This document shows positions 12,213-23,700 of a stretch of 64,000 bases of DNA, one piece after another (within the stretch, counting starts at the first letter, position 1; each line of letters starts with the position of its first letter). The position numbers and the translations under genes were made by a program. Below the pieces are notes generated by a model. That model saw nothing but the letters and a program-made list of their open reading frames with translations, had not been told where the DNA came from and ran no database searches. The stretch is from Octopus vulgaris (Eukaryota), in contig OX597821.1 in the NCBI GenBank assembly GCA_951406725.2, positions 101,184,001-101,248,000 on the forward strand, in the 5' to 3' direction.

Positions 12213-12763
12213 CTTCTCTGCTTTAGTGTGGTGCAGTGATCTGGGCTGGTCACTCTGCCTCATGTATGTGAAGTTGTTGGGGTCACATTAAGCTACAGCT
12301 GATATGTTTAAATTCAGTGATCATAATGGTTTCATTTGAGTCAATGCAAATTTTTCAACAGAGTAACATACTTTGACAGTGATTTCATACTATAATTATA
12401 AGAGTATGTATCTCTATTTTCAAATATCAAGTGATCTATATTCTTGTCTTATGACATTTGTTCAACCTCCTCTGTGTGTGCATTGGCTGCGTTGTCAAAG
12501 TGTTGAATAGAATGCCTTACAGTATCTGTTCTACGTATCCTCAGTTCAAATTCTGCCTTTTAATCATTGGGAAAATATGTTTTTCAGGACCAAGCAAAAG
12601 TGGCAATAGTTAATTTTGTTGGGTCCTGAAAGACATGCTTTGGGATATTTCCTACCAAGTGCCCAAGTATTTCAGCATATCACCCTCAATAACACTACAC
12701 TAATTGGCAGGTTAGAATATAAGGGTATGTTCAACTTCTGTGCAATCTAAAGGAAAAACTGAG

Positions 12764-13075
12764 AGGTTATTTAGAGAGATCAGAGGGAGGGGAGAGGGAG
12801 AGAGGTCATTTAGAGGGAGGGAGAGGGAGAGAGATCATTTAGAGGGAGGGGAGAGGGAGAGAGATCATTTAGAGAGATGTAGAGAGAGAGAGATCATTTA
12901 GAGAGATGTAGAAAGAGAGAGATCATTTAGAGAGATGTAAAGAGAGAGAGAGAGATCATTTAGAGAGATGTAAAGAGAGAGAGAGAGATCATTAGAGAGA
13001 TGTAAAGAGAGAGAGATCATTTAGAGAGAGGTGGGGAGATCATTTAGAAAGAGAGAGGGAGAGAAAGAGATAAAG
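12764..13075. repeat. Purine-rich minisatellite, ~10 units of GATCATTTAGAG + (GA)n-type filler
   Basis: Direct reading; unit length ~23-40 bp; neighbouring units are most alike. Confidence 0.95.
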
Positions 13076-14199
13076 CATTTAAATTATATTGTTTGCTTCA
13101 TTGCCCATTCTATTTTCAGTAACCAAGTTGGATTCATTCCTAAGATGATGTTTTCAATCACTATAAAAGTAATATTTATATTTAGTTTTTCTTCTTTTGT
13201 GCCAAGTGACCAGCTAGTCTCACCTAAACTCTCTCTCTCAGGTCAGATTTTATTTGAAAACATTGGTTTATTAATTTTTGTGTCAACCTCTTCAATTTCT
13301 AGTGTAGTCATTAATACTGAATGTATTTATAATAAATGTTTCTTTTATATATATAAGTGTAATGTTTAAAAACTATGCTTCTATTTTCATAGATAGAATT
13401 GTTATATACCAATGTGTGTATTTAGCTAATCAGTAGACCTTGAGGGGTAAAGGAAAATAGGTAGCGAAGGGTGGTTCCAGGAGGCTTGATAGCATGTTTA
13501 TTATGCCAAGAGGCTCAGATTTGGAGGTTTGCTAATTTCTACACTGAGAGAGTAAAAAGCAAGAAGTTTTTCAAATTGCAAGGAACATACTCTATTAACA
13601 AAAATGATGTTGGAGATTAATGTCTTATATTGGTAAGTTTGTTCTCAGTAACAAAATAGAAATAATATAGAAATGTTACTGTAAGAAGTTGAATGAAGAA
13701 TTATAGGTGGGTTAGTAAGAAGTAACTGATGTATTATGTTTCAGTATGATCTAGATTGAAGTTCGGGAAGATATCAGGTCCATCAGTGATAATGTCCAAA
13801 TTACTTACCACATATGCAACTACTGGGATTTCTATTTGTATGAATAATCAATGGTGTTATACCTAATGATATTACTATAAACTGATAGCAGATCATAAGA
13901 TTACTGCAAAGTCCCTGAGCTAATTAATGCATTAAAACATTGACAAAAGTATGTAGATGGACCAATTTTGAAAGTTGCTCAGTGAATGATAATGAAATTA
14001 GTGCAAGAGAGGGTCAATTTGGATAAGATATTGTTATGGTTGTATCAGAATGAGAGACAGCAAATGCCATGTTTTTTGGTGTGATAACTACTAAAACCAA
14101 GCTACTCTTTTCAACTGACAACCTTCAAATGTCCTTTGTGAGGAGCCTGTGCTCTGTAGTGTGGTTGGTACTAAGAAAGTTAAGCAAGCATGAATGACT

Positions 14200-15115
14200 A
14201 GAGTCCAATCCTGAAAATTCGAGATAGCAAAGACCAAAGTTGTAACCAGTAATAAACACAGAATCATGCTGTCATATATTAAGTGGCTTTGATTGATTGA
14301 TAAGTAGGAAAGGAGTAGTTAGGGGTTCAATATTATGTAAGCAGTGCAGAGAAAGCTATATGAAATATATAGTAGGGTCTCTTTAGCAAACTGACAGAAA
14401 TTACTACATGTTAGCAGTAGAATCACTTATAGCATCCTTGGAAAGATTTCCATGAACTGCTTTGCATTATCTGTTGTAATGGTTAGAATCAGTAATGTAG
14501 ATCAGTGCTTCTCAAACTATCTGTACTGGCAGTATTTTTTTCCATTGTGCCAGGGACTCTTTTACTTGTTTCAGTCATTTGACTGTGGCCATGCTGGAGC
14601 ACCACATTTAGTCAAGCAAATCGACCCCAGGACTTATTCTTTTGTAAGCCTAATACTTATTCTATTGGTCTCTTTTACCTAACCACTAAGTTACAGGGAC
14701 GTAAACACACCAGCATCGGTTGTCAAGCAATGTTGGTGGGACAAACACAGACACACAAACATATACACACACACACACACACACATACATATATATATAT
14801 ACATATATACGATGGGCTTCTTTCAGTTTCCATCTACCACATCCACTCACAAGGCTTTGGTTGGTCCGAGGCTATAGTAGAAAACACTTGCCCAAGATGC
14901 CACACATTTATGAACAGAAATGATGATTTACTTATTTTGTTTCAAAAAGCTTCATGAGCTAACAATTGAAGGTTTTCATAGTACAGAAAGACCAAGGAAG
15001 ATCTAATATGAAGTGGTGAGAATAGATCACATGATGTTGGTCCTTACAGAAATCATGACTCAAGATTAATATGATCCGTCAAATCCATGCCAATATAGGA
15101 AAATAGACATTATAG
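14200..15115 (+). mobile_element. Decayed RTE/RTE-X-like LINE interrupted by a SINE
   Basis: AKTKVV and RKGVVRGSILCKQC at ~14225-14350; RPRKI*YEVVRID..LTEIMTQD at ~14985-15065, followed directly by a degenerate tail aatccatgccaatataggaaaatagacatta. Confidence 0.65.
14557..14905 (-). mobile_element. SINE family A, young copy lacking the head
   Basis: High-identity reverse complement of ~16525-16886, including the internal TA/CA microsatellite. Confidence 0.9.
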
Positions 15116-16048
15116 AATTTGTAATAATGGTATTTAGATATACAGAGATTACAAACAATGAAGAGACCACTCAATTTGTTTAGTATTGTTTACTGGTGTA
15201 ATTTGTTTTGGCTAAAAAATGCTACTCAATTAATCAACTCAAAAATATTTACTCTCTCCATATTTTGATCAATGCCACTGAATAGTTAATTGTTTTCAAA
15301 TTCATTTTTGTTAGTTCATAGAGTTTGTTGGAAAATCTTTGTTTGTTATTAGTCACTTTCCTCATCTATAATCTTATAATATTCTAAATCCATTATTGAT
15401 AAAATTGTTAGCCCTTTTTTATGATGTTTATTATTTTGTTGCTGTACGTGCAACTGTTTCCCTCCCCCACTTGTGTGCCCTGTTATATTTAATGAAAAGT
15501 TTCTCTAGTGTATTCTGTATGCTTAGTCACAAGAGAATTTGTGTAACTATGTTATGGACTCTTATTTGTAAAAATTTCTTATGATTTAAAAGTGTGCAGT
15601 TAACATCAGTAATAAAGAGTTAAAGTTGATAGATTTGATCTGGGGAGAAAAAAAAAGCTAAAAAGCTTCAAGGGTGTTTTAAAACAAATATTAAAATAAC
15701 TTCCAAAATTTCTCTCTTTTTTTTTCTTCTACTACAACTTTTCATGTAAGAGATACATGCTTGTTTTTGGTTCGTTTTAAGACTCACTATTACTTCCATT
15801 GATAAAAAATGTTCTAAAATGTTGTGCTGATTCAATTATAAATTCAATGAAAAAGATAGCATTTCCAAATGTTATCAATTGTTACTCTTTTTCATAAAAA
15901 AAAAATGCCTGCAAGTATTCAACATCTACTTTAAAAAAACTATCATATAATAACAATATTAATAAACTCAGTTTTCCATGGTTTTACATTGTATGGATGA
16001 AGACATTGTGAGCGTAATACTGAATTTTAGAGGTATGAGTATATTTAA

Positions 16049-16229
16049 CTCTTTAGCATTTAACCCAGCCATATCCAGCCTAAATATCCTACCTGTTTCA
16101 CATTCAAACCAGCCAGATCCAGCTTCTCATACCTACCCTGCAATGTCATTCTTGAAATAAGCAATCACATCATCATTATTTTGAAGCTACAAGCATTACA
16201 CTTGAGAGAGTAATGTGAATGTTAAAGGG
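16049..16229 (-). mobile_element. piggyBac-like MITE family 2 (internally deleted)
   Basis: TTAA|ctctttagcatt ... aatgttaaaggg|TTAA; internal homology to 3271-3489 in the opposite orientation. Confidence 0.8.
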
Positions 16230-16456
16230 TTAAAGCAGAAAACCATGGCTAAGATGAGCATGTCTTGTCAGCTTTTGTAATGTTGATTGTGTAAAGTAAA
16301 CTGAGAAACCAGATGAATATTCAAAGTAAAAGTAATTATGGTTAGTTATGATAGAAGTGGATGATGAATTCCAGTGTTTCAAAACCACACTTTGAAGTAA
16401 TACTTGGTAAACTTAGTTTTTCCTTACTTAGTTGGAAAATATTAAAAAATCTAAAT

Positions 16457-16616
16457 GGCACAGGAGTGGCTGTGTGGTAAGAAGCTTACTTGCTAACCAC
16501 ATGGTTCCGGGTTCAGTCCCACTGCATGGCACTTTGGGCAAGTGTCTTCTACCATAGCCTTTGGATGACCAAAGCCTTGTAAGTGGATTTGGTAGATGGA
16601 AACTGAAAGAAGCCTG

Positions 16617-16669
<53 letters not shown>

Positions 16670-16886
16670 TGTATTTGTGTGTATGTTTGTCTGCCCCACC
16701 ATCACTTGACAACCGATGTTAGTGTGTTTATTTTCCCCGTAACTTAGCAGTTCAGCAAAAGAGAAAGATAGAATAAATACTAGGCTTACAAAGAATAAGT
16801 CCTGGGGTCGATTTGTTCAACTAAAGGTAGTGCTCCAGCATGGCTGCAGTCAAATGACTGAAACAAGTAAAAAAAGTAAAAGAGAG
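16457..16886 (+). mobile_element. SINE family A, full length (tRNA-derived head)
   Basis: A-box TGGCTGTGTGG (16467-16477), B-box GGTTCAGTCCC (16510-16520), internal (TA)n(CA)n, tail gactgaaacaagtaaaa...gtaaaagag. At least eight related copies in the window. Confidence 0.92.
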
Positions 16887-19800
16887 TCCAGGTTTATGGA
16901 CTCAAAACTCAGCTAGAGCAGCCATTTGTTCAACCAATGAATTGAAAAGAGTAGTGTTACTTAATCACTCACTTTTGCCCAGGTTTTGAAGGAGCTGAAA
17001 AAAATTTGATGTTTCTGTTTCCTGTGATTTTATAGTTTTTTTTTGTGATAAAGCAAGTTCTTGCAAGAAAAGTAACATCAGTAAATTATTTTGTTATTGA
17101 CTTTAGCACACCCTATATAAGCCAAAAGCTGTGGACAATAAAGCTTGTGTTACATACTTTAACTTTGTTACATAGTCACTTTTCTGAAACTTTACCAAAA
17201 ATAAACTGACAGAGAAGACAAAAAAAAGTTGTTCCAGTTTGATTCATGTTTAGAACTTTAAATAATAGAACAGGAATTTCACGATTTTATAGTTAACATA
17301 AACCCTCACTGAGATAATAGCTTCTATATAGAAATGTCAGCCCTAGAGAAGTGGTTTTAGTGTTACGTAATCACATTATGTACCTGGTTCATTAAAAAAA
17401 GCTGAATAGAATAAAATGGAAGTGCTTCACATCATTTAAATATGTCTTTGAAAAACTTGATGTATGCTCTTTCCTGCTTACCAAATGCTGATATCCTTTA
17501 CTTTTACTTAATACACTGACTCTAATTTGAAGTTTTCTAAAATGTTTTTAGCTTAGAAGGGCCTCAAACCAAAGAATACCTGTAGAAAGTCCCAAAATAA
17601 TTTTTTGGAAGTAATTTTACATTTCTGAGGTTATTCTAAGACCAACAAGAGAAAATGATATCAGTGATAGTTTACAGAAAATATTGATTTTGCTGCTAAG
17701 GTTATGAATGGTTGTAATCTTTGTGGAAATAGATCAAAGAATTCTTGAATTAGAATACCTTAAAATGACTGAAGCATATCTTTTCAGAATGATATGCATC
17801 TATATCTTTAAAGTTGTTACATATGATCTTTCCAACACATTTTATTCTTTGTATGGGATGTAAAACACTAATCTAGAAGATAGTTATGATGACATGATAA
17901 TCCAAACAAATTTTTATTATAATTGACCCTTTTCTACTTGTTTCCATTCTTCGTTCACAATGATTACAGGCTAAAATATTTCATTTACTTTTTGGTTAAA
18001 ATAAAAATTTCTTTGTTTTTTGTAATAATATTATCCATTCTTGTATGCACTGTGCTGTCATATCAGCATCTATTAATGTCACAATTTTTGTTGCATGTGG
18101 CTTAGGTTACTGCTACGCTCACCAAACTTATAAAGAACAAATTTTGGATGTGGCTATTCTTTAGTATCTATTATTTGCCAAATGGATAATTCCTTGTTCA
18201 GTTTGATATTGACTGTTACATTTGACCACTCTGCAGATAAAATCTTCGAATGATCAGATTATTTCATCTGTTCAAGTACAACTTTCAAGGAACAGATTTC
18301 CTGCAGAAATACCTACAACATATTGTACTAATAAATTTAAAGTAATTTATTCTCACTAAAACATTTGACTTATATCCCAGTTTTAATATTGGGTTAAGTT
18401 CCTTATGTTTAAGAATAATTTGTAATTTCTGTTCAGTGTCTGAGAACTCTTATGTACTGGACAACTCCAGAGCTAGAAGAGGAAAATCAAGTTTTTGATC
18501 AATGACATTTAAGCTGCTTATTCTCTCTTTATATGTCCCCAAAACAGGAATAAATATAATTTTATATATATTTTGAATAAGAAATTTAACATCTTGGTCA
18601 TTAAGTAACCCATATAATTTAGAAACTAGAGCTGCCTTGGTTTAAAATAAAGGTATGTTCTGTCATGAAATACTGTTTTTCATTTCTAGAATGCTTCTGT
18701 GCTCCACTGGCTACATCTGAAAAAAATCAAACTATCTGATTAGCAGACTTTTTCTACAAAATTCTCAGCTCTTACTCCAGTATTATATTGTGCCTCCTTC
18801 CCTCTGTTTTGTCTACTATTAGTTCATCCTCTTTTACTCATTGAAAGTTTGGTAGTGGTCATCTTCCTTCAACACACCTTTCCATCTGTTGTTATAATTA
18901 TTCTCTTATTCCCATCCCAGAAGCATGTTTATTGCTTTCTCATACCTAGTCATTCCACTTATTAACCTACACCAGTACAAAAGAATTCACCAACATTAAT
19001 CTACCATCTACCCCAACTCGCATGTTCACTATGGAAACTGTTTAACATACAAAACAAAAAAAAGAAACTGTTTCACACATGTTAGGTTATAAAAAAAACT
19101 AATTTCTAATAACTGTTATACCAGTACAGTTGATATTTACTACTGCATTAGTATCTATAGTAATTAGATGTTCAGAATAGACAGGCTGCTCAAAAAAATG
19201 TGAAGTCCTTCTCTTAGGCTTGTGGTATATAAATATTCTCAGCTCTATTTCAGATAATTTCCAGTTAGGGCTTTAAAACCTAAAATGGAGAGATAAATGA
19301 AATATACTCACAGGAACATAATTTTACATTAAGTGCATTACGATTTTGTTTCAAACTTGACCTTAAGAACTACATCTAAAAATATTCTGCTTAAATTTGA
19401 ACTAGCAGTGTCTATTTATGAATATTCTTTGTACATCTTAATATATAAAACAGAGCTTATGTGTGTGTGTGCACATGCATGCGCACACACACTTGTGATT
19501 GCATGTGTCTATTCCTTTTGAGTTGCTGAATTTGACATATGAGGTATAAAAAGATTCAGTAATCTTTTGGCTACCAAATAAAGTATGTTTTTTGCACAAT
19601 AATTCTTTTTTACTAGAAAAATAACCTTGAAAACAAGGTCAGGTTGCACGATTTTGAGGTCTTTAGCTAAGGGGGCAACTCTGCCTGAACAATGTGTCTT
19701 ACATAGAGCATAATGAGAAAATGTTTAAATACATGGAGTTTTACTAGAGAATGAAACTTCAAAGATATACTGTCAACTTTATTAGTATTATTTAGTACAT

Positions 19801-20422
19801 AATCTTTTAATGTGAAGTATGTTTGTGTTTTGTTTAGCCCAGAGTTGCCTCTGATGAGGCAGACCCATGGCATAGTTTTTTTTCTGAATTACTGTAAATC
19901 TGTGTGTTTGAGATTTGGCTGCTGTTTGTAGTAGCTCAAGTTACCACAGACATACTTGTGTGTGTGTGTGTGTGTGTGTGTGTTTTGTTGTGGTGAAAAA
20001 AATACTTTTTCTCAGAGTATTGTGCATAATAATTTAAGAAATCTGGACATCTAACCTTTCAGCTTCAAATTACAATTGTTAATTGTTGGAAGCCAAGTAG
20101 ACTGAGATGTACATATACTGTTATTGTATAGAATAGAAGTTCAATACGAAGTTTTGAACTCCTTGTCTTGTGATTAGTAATCCTTTACCTTAAATTTGAA
20201 ACCATTAAGTCTTTAAATATTATTTTACTGGGTTTGATCTTTCATCTGTTTCCATGAGGGGGTGTCACCTTCGAAAATTTAATTGATCATACTGACCTCA
20301 GTACGTATTTCAATTTGATATTTATTTTATAGATCTCTGCTTGATGAACTGCTACTTTGAGACATAGTGGGACACAATACTTGATTTAATAACAAATGTA
20401 AACACACACACACACGTATATT

Positions 20423-20575
20423 AGGTGCAACAATGACTGTATGGTTGAGAAGTTTGCTTCCCAACCACATGGTTCCATGTTCAGTCAGTCTGCATGGTAC
20501 CTTGGGCAAATATTTTTTACTATAGCCCTAGGGCAACCACAGATTTCTGACTGAATTTGGTAGATGGAAACTGCA
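20423..20575 (+). mobile_element. SINE family A, 5' half
   Basis: gactgtatggttgagaagtttgcttcccaaccacatggttcc...ccttgggcaa...tggtagatggaaactg. Confidence 0.85.
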
Positions 20576-20714
20576 GCTTTGTTCATCAGAAAATGACCAA
20601 AAACCATGTTTATAAAGAAGAGTTGTTTGCTTCATACCCTTCGTGTGCTGATTCTGCCCATAAGAAAGGCACATACAGTGTGGCAGTCAGTCATTACAGG
20701 GTGCATTGCTAGTA

Positions 20715-20762
<48 letters not shown>

Positions 20763-23700
20763 TCAAAGTAAAATTTTAATTTATTGAATTTATCCTTGAT
20801 TAAAATTTCTATATTTCTGAAATAATAGGAAAACTATTGATAGGAGATAAACTATTATTTCTAAATAAACATTTGGGGATTTTGTTAAAATTTTAGTCTA
20901 AATATTCTGAACCTATTAAAAGAAAATTCTGGATTTTAACAACCAATTGTTAACTATATCTTCTGATAAGTTAAACAGATGAGATGTAGTTCTCTTGACT
21001 CCACAAAAGAAAATAATTGTCTAACACAGGTAACATCCTTAAAGGCCTGGTATCAATTTTGTAGCCAATAAACATGAATGTTATGCTTCTTGATACAATG
21101 AAATAGCTACTGTATGATATGAGTTCATGAATTATGAGTTGTAGATTAATTGGATATGAATTGTTGATGCACAGAAGGAAAATTTGTAGCCATGTTTCTT
21201 CTAAAAACAGAAAATGAGTTGAGATATATAAATGGTGTCTGTATTGTGCATTTCTAGACTGCCATAAATTCCTGTTTGTCTACATAATAGACACTAATGA
21301 TTTCTTTTTTTTTTATTGTTTATTCATGCAATTATTTATATCTAAATATATTCAGGTATTCCCCTATTCATATTTACATACACTAAATATATTACATACC
21401 AGTGATTTATAATATTTCTGGGATTTCCGAAAGGCAGTTTTGATTTATACATATTTAATTTGAAATTTATTGCTTAGAGAGAGAGAGACTCATTAAGTGA
21501 CTAGTTTTCCTGGTAAAAGTTTCCCAATTATTATTTCTAAGAAATACTGCCACACTTTATTTTATTTCATTTTTCTGTTAACAAGAGAGATATTGTTTTA
21601 CATACCAGCTTACAGAATATGCTGAACATATATTTGTATAATTAAACAGCAAAAGTGATATATATCTAACAAGTAGTGTTAGAATTGCCTTAAGAAAATG
21701 TATTTCACTATTATGATATTCTCTGCTGATTTCAAACATCAGAATTATAACTTGGTAGCTTGGTTGCCAATAAGAAACTTGGTTAATCTGATGTAACAAC
21801 CATTGCTAATTAGGTAATTAGCTTAGGGAGTTAGCTTTAGGAATAAATTTAAATGAATCAATATATTTTTCAGATTTTATATTATGTGATTATTGACTAC
21901 TCATTCTAAATATCTTAAGTTTCTTTTTAAATGGCAACAATTGAAAAAGCTGTTGGAAACCTTCAGATAATTAATCATAACTCCAACAAATATTACAAAT
22001 AAGAATTTTTCAAATATTCTAATGCATAAAGATTATTTTGCTACTTTGTAATGGTTGTCTTAGCAAATGCAATTTCACAAATATTTCAAAGCTTAATATT
22101 ACTATGTGATAGATGTCTTCTATCTGAAAATTTAAATGGTATCATTATGAAATAATGAGTATAAAGTATTAAAACCATAATTATTATTTCAAGCATTCTC
22201 TATTCACATCGAATAAAAAGAGACATCATTTAATCTTTTTGATTATGTTTATTTTTTTCAATGTCCTGATGCTTAATTTAGTTCTAAACATACTTTTGTT
22301 GCTATTTAGGTTATCATATAGCAGCTTTATAGTTGTAATAAAATTATCTGAACACAGTAATGAAATATCTTTAGAGGTTTTCTAATATTTTTTTGTCTTC
22401 CATTTAACCACTCACCAATCTCATTCTCCATAAAGAATAAATCTTTATTAGATGGTATAAATTTAAATCTATTCAATGTTTTTACATTAATATACCTTTA
22501 TTGAAATGTGCTAGATTCTTGTGCAACTCTGCTTCAGTCTGCCCAGTTTACGAACAGGCTAGAAGTAAAACAAAGGAAGTATTGCCACACTGGTGTATAA
22601 ATAGCTAATGTTGTTAAAATTACACCATCCATATATTCATGGGGAAAAAATGAGTGTAAAACATATTCTTAAGTCATGTAGAGTAATCAATTAGTAGAGT
22701 TGAACTGAAGTCATCAACAAACATGAATTGAAAGCAAATTGAAGAAAGATATCAAGGAATGGTAATTTCAATAATTTATTTAATCTGAAAATTTGTACAT
22801 GAAAATAAAACATAGATCAACATATATGCAAAGAAGTGTTATGATAATGACAACAATGGTAATAATGATGATGAAGATAATGATGATGAATATAGATAGT
22901 TGATAAAATCATTTCACCACAATCACATTTTTTTTTTAATAATTTGCCAACTGAGAACTATTGTGATACATTTCCAAAATATATCCTCAATTTAAAATGT
23001 CCCAAATAGAATTTCTGAACATTTTCAAAATTATGCATATTTAATGACATTTTATCTCAATTTCCAATTTTTTCCTCTTTAATTTCTGATTTAATTTCCA
23101 GAAATTACACACACAAAATAAATAAAAGAAAACAAGTATATTTTTCTAAATTCTGTAGATCTTTTTTTGTTTATTTACTAAAAGAATGATTGAAAGTAGT
23201 GATATTGTGGATCTCATAAACTAGTTTTGTTATAGAAGAGTTAAAATATCTTGTTTATAAAAAAATCACTTCTTAAAACATGAAAGTGTTGAATGGTAAT
23301 TATCAAATTTCATTTATTGGAATCTTAGATCATTAATTTCAAAGATATTCACTCTATTACTTTTGATACTTATAAAAACAAAATATTTAATAAGATGAAA
23401 TATTTTGTTGGATTTGCTATATTGTGACTTAAAAGCTAAATTGACTTTAACTGAAAGCAAACTAACTATATAATGACTGACTGAGAAACAAGCTTTAGAA
23501 AACTTCGATTTAAATATTTCTGTAACTCAACACCAGCAGATTAAATATCAAGATTTAACTAGTACCAATATTTAATCCAATACTAAATCTAGTCAATGTA
23601 AAGCAATAACAATAAATATTTAGTGAAATTTCAAAATTTGCAATCTATTTCTTTTAAGACAAGAAATAATCTACAAATGAAAATTGGCATTGAATTTTCA

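Noticed and set aside
12764-13075. CRISPR-like repeat-spacer array
   Set aside because: The anchor is only ~12 bp and the fillers are low-complexity, mutually related GA repeats.
13430-14120. Possible older LINE remnants (also ~30790-31160, ~45400-46900)
   Set aside because: Composition is suggestive but I could not read diagnostic motifs with confidence.
14503-14518. CAGTGCTTCTCAAACT as a hAT/Charlie terminal repeat
   Set aside because: No convincing partner TIR or 8-bp TSD found.
16457-16530. tRNA genes at SINE heads (also 31515-31586)
   Set aside because: A/B boxes are present but no full cloverleaf is evident, and they continue into multi-copy SINE bodies.
19845-19880. CTGATGAG as a hammerhead ribozyme core
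   Set aside because: No stem II closed by GAAA follows. The context resembles a degraded repeat also seen near 34470-34640 and, reversed, near 53590-53660.
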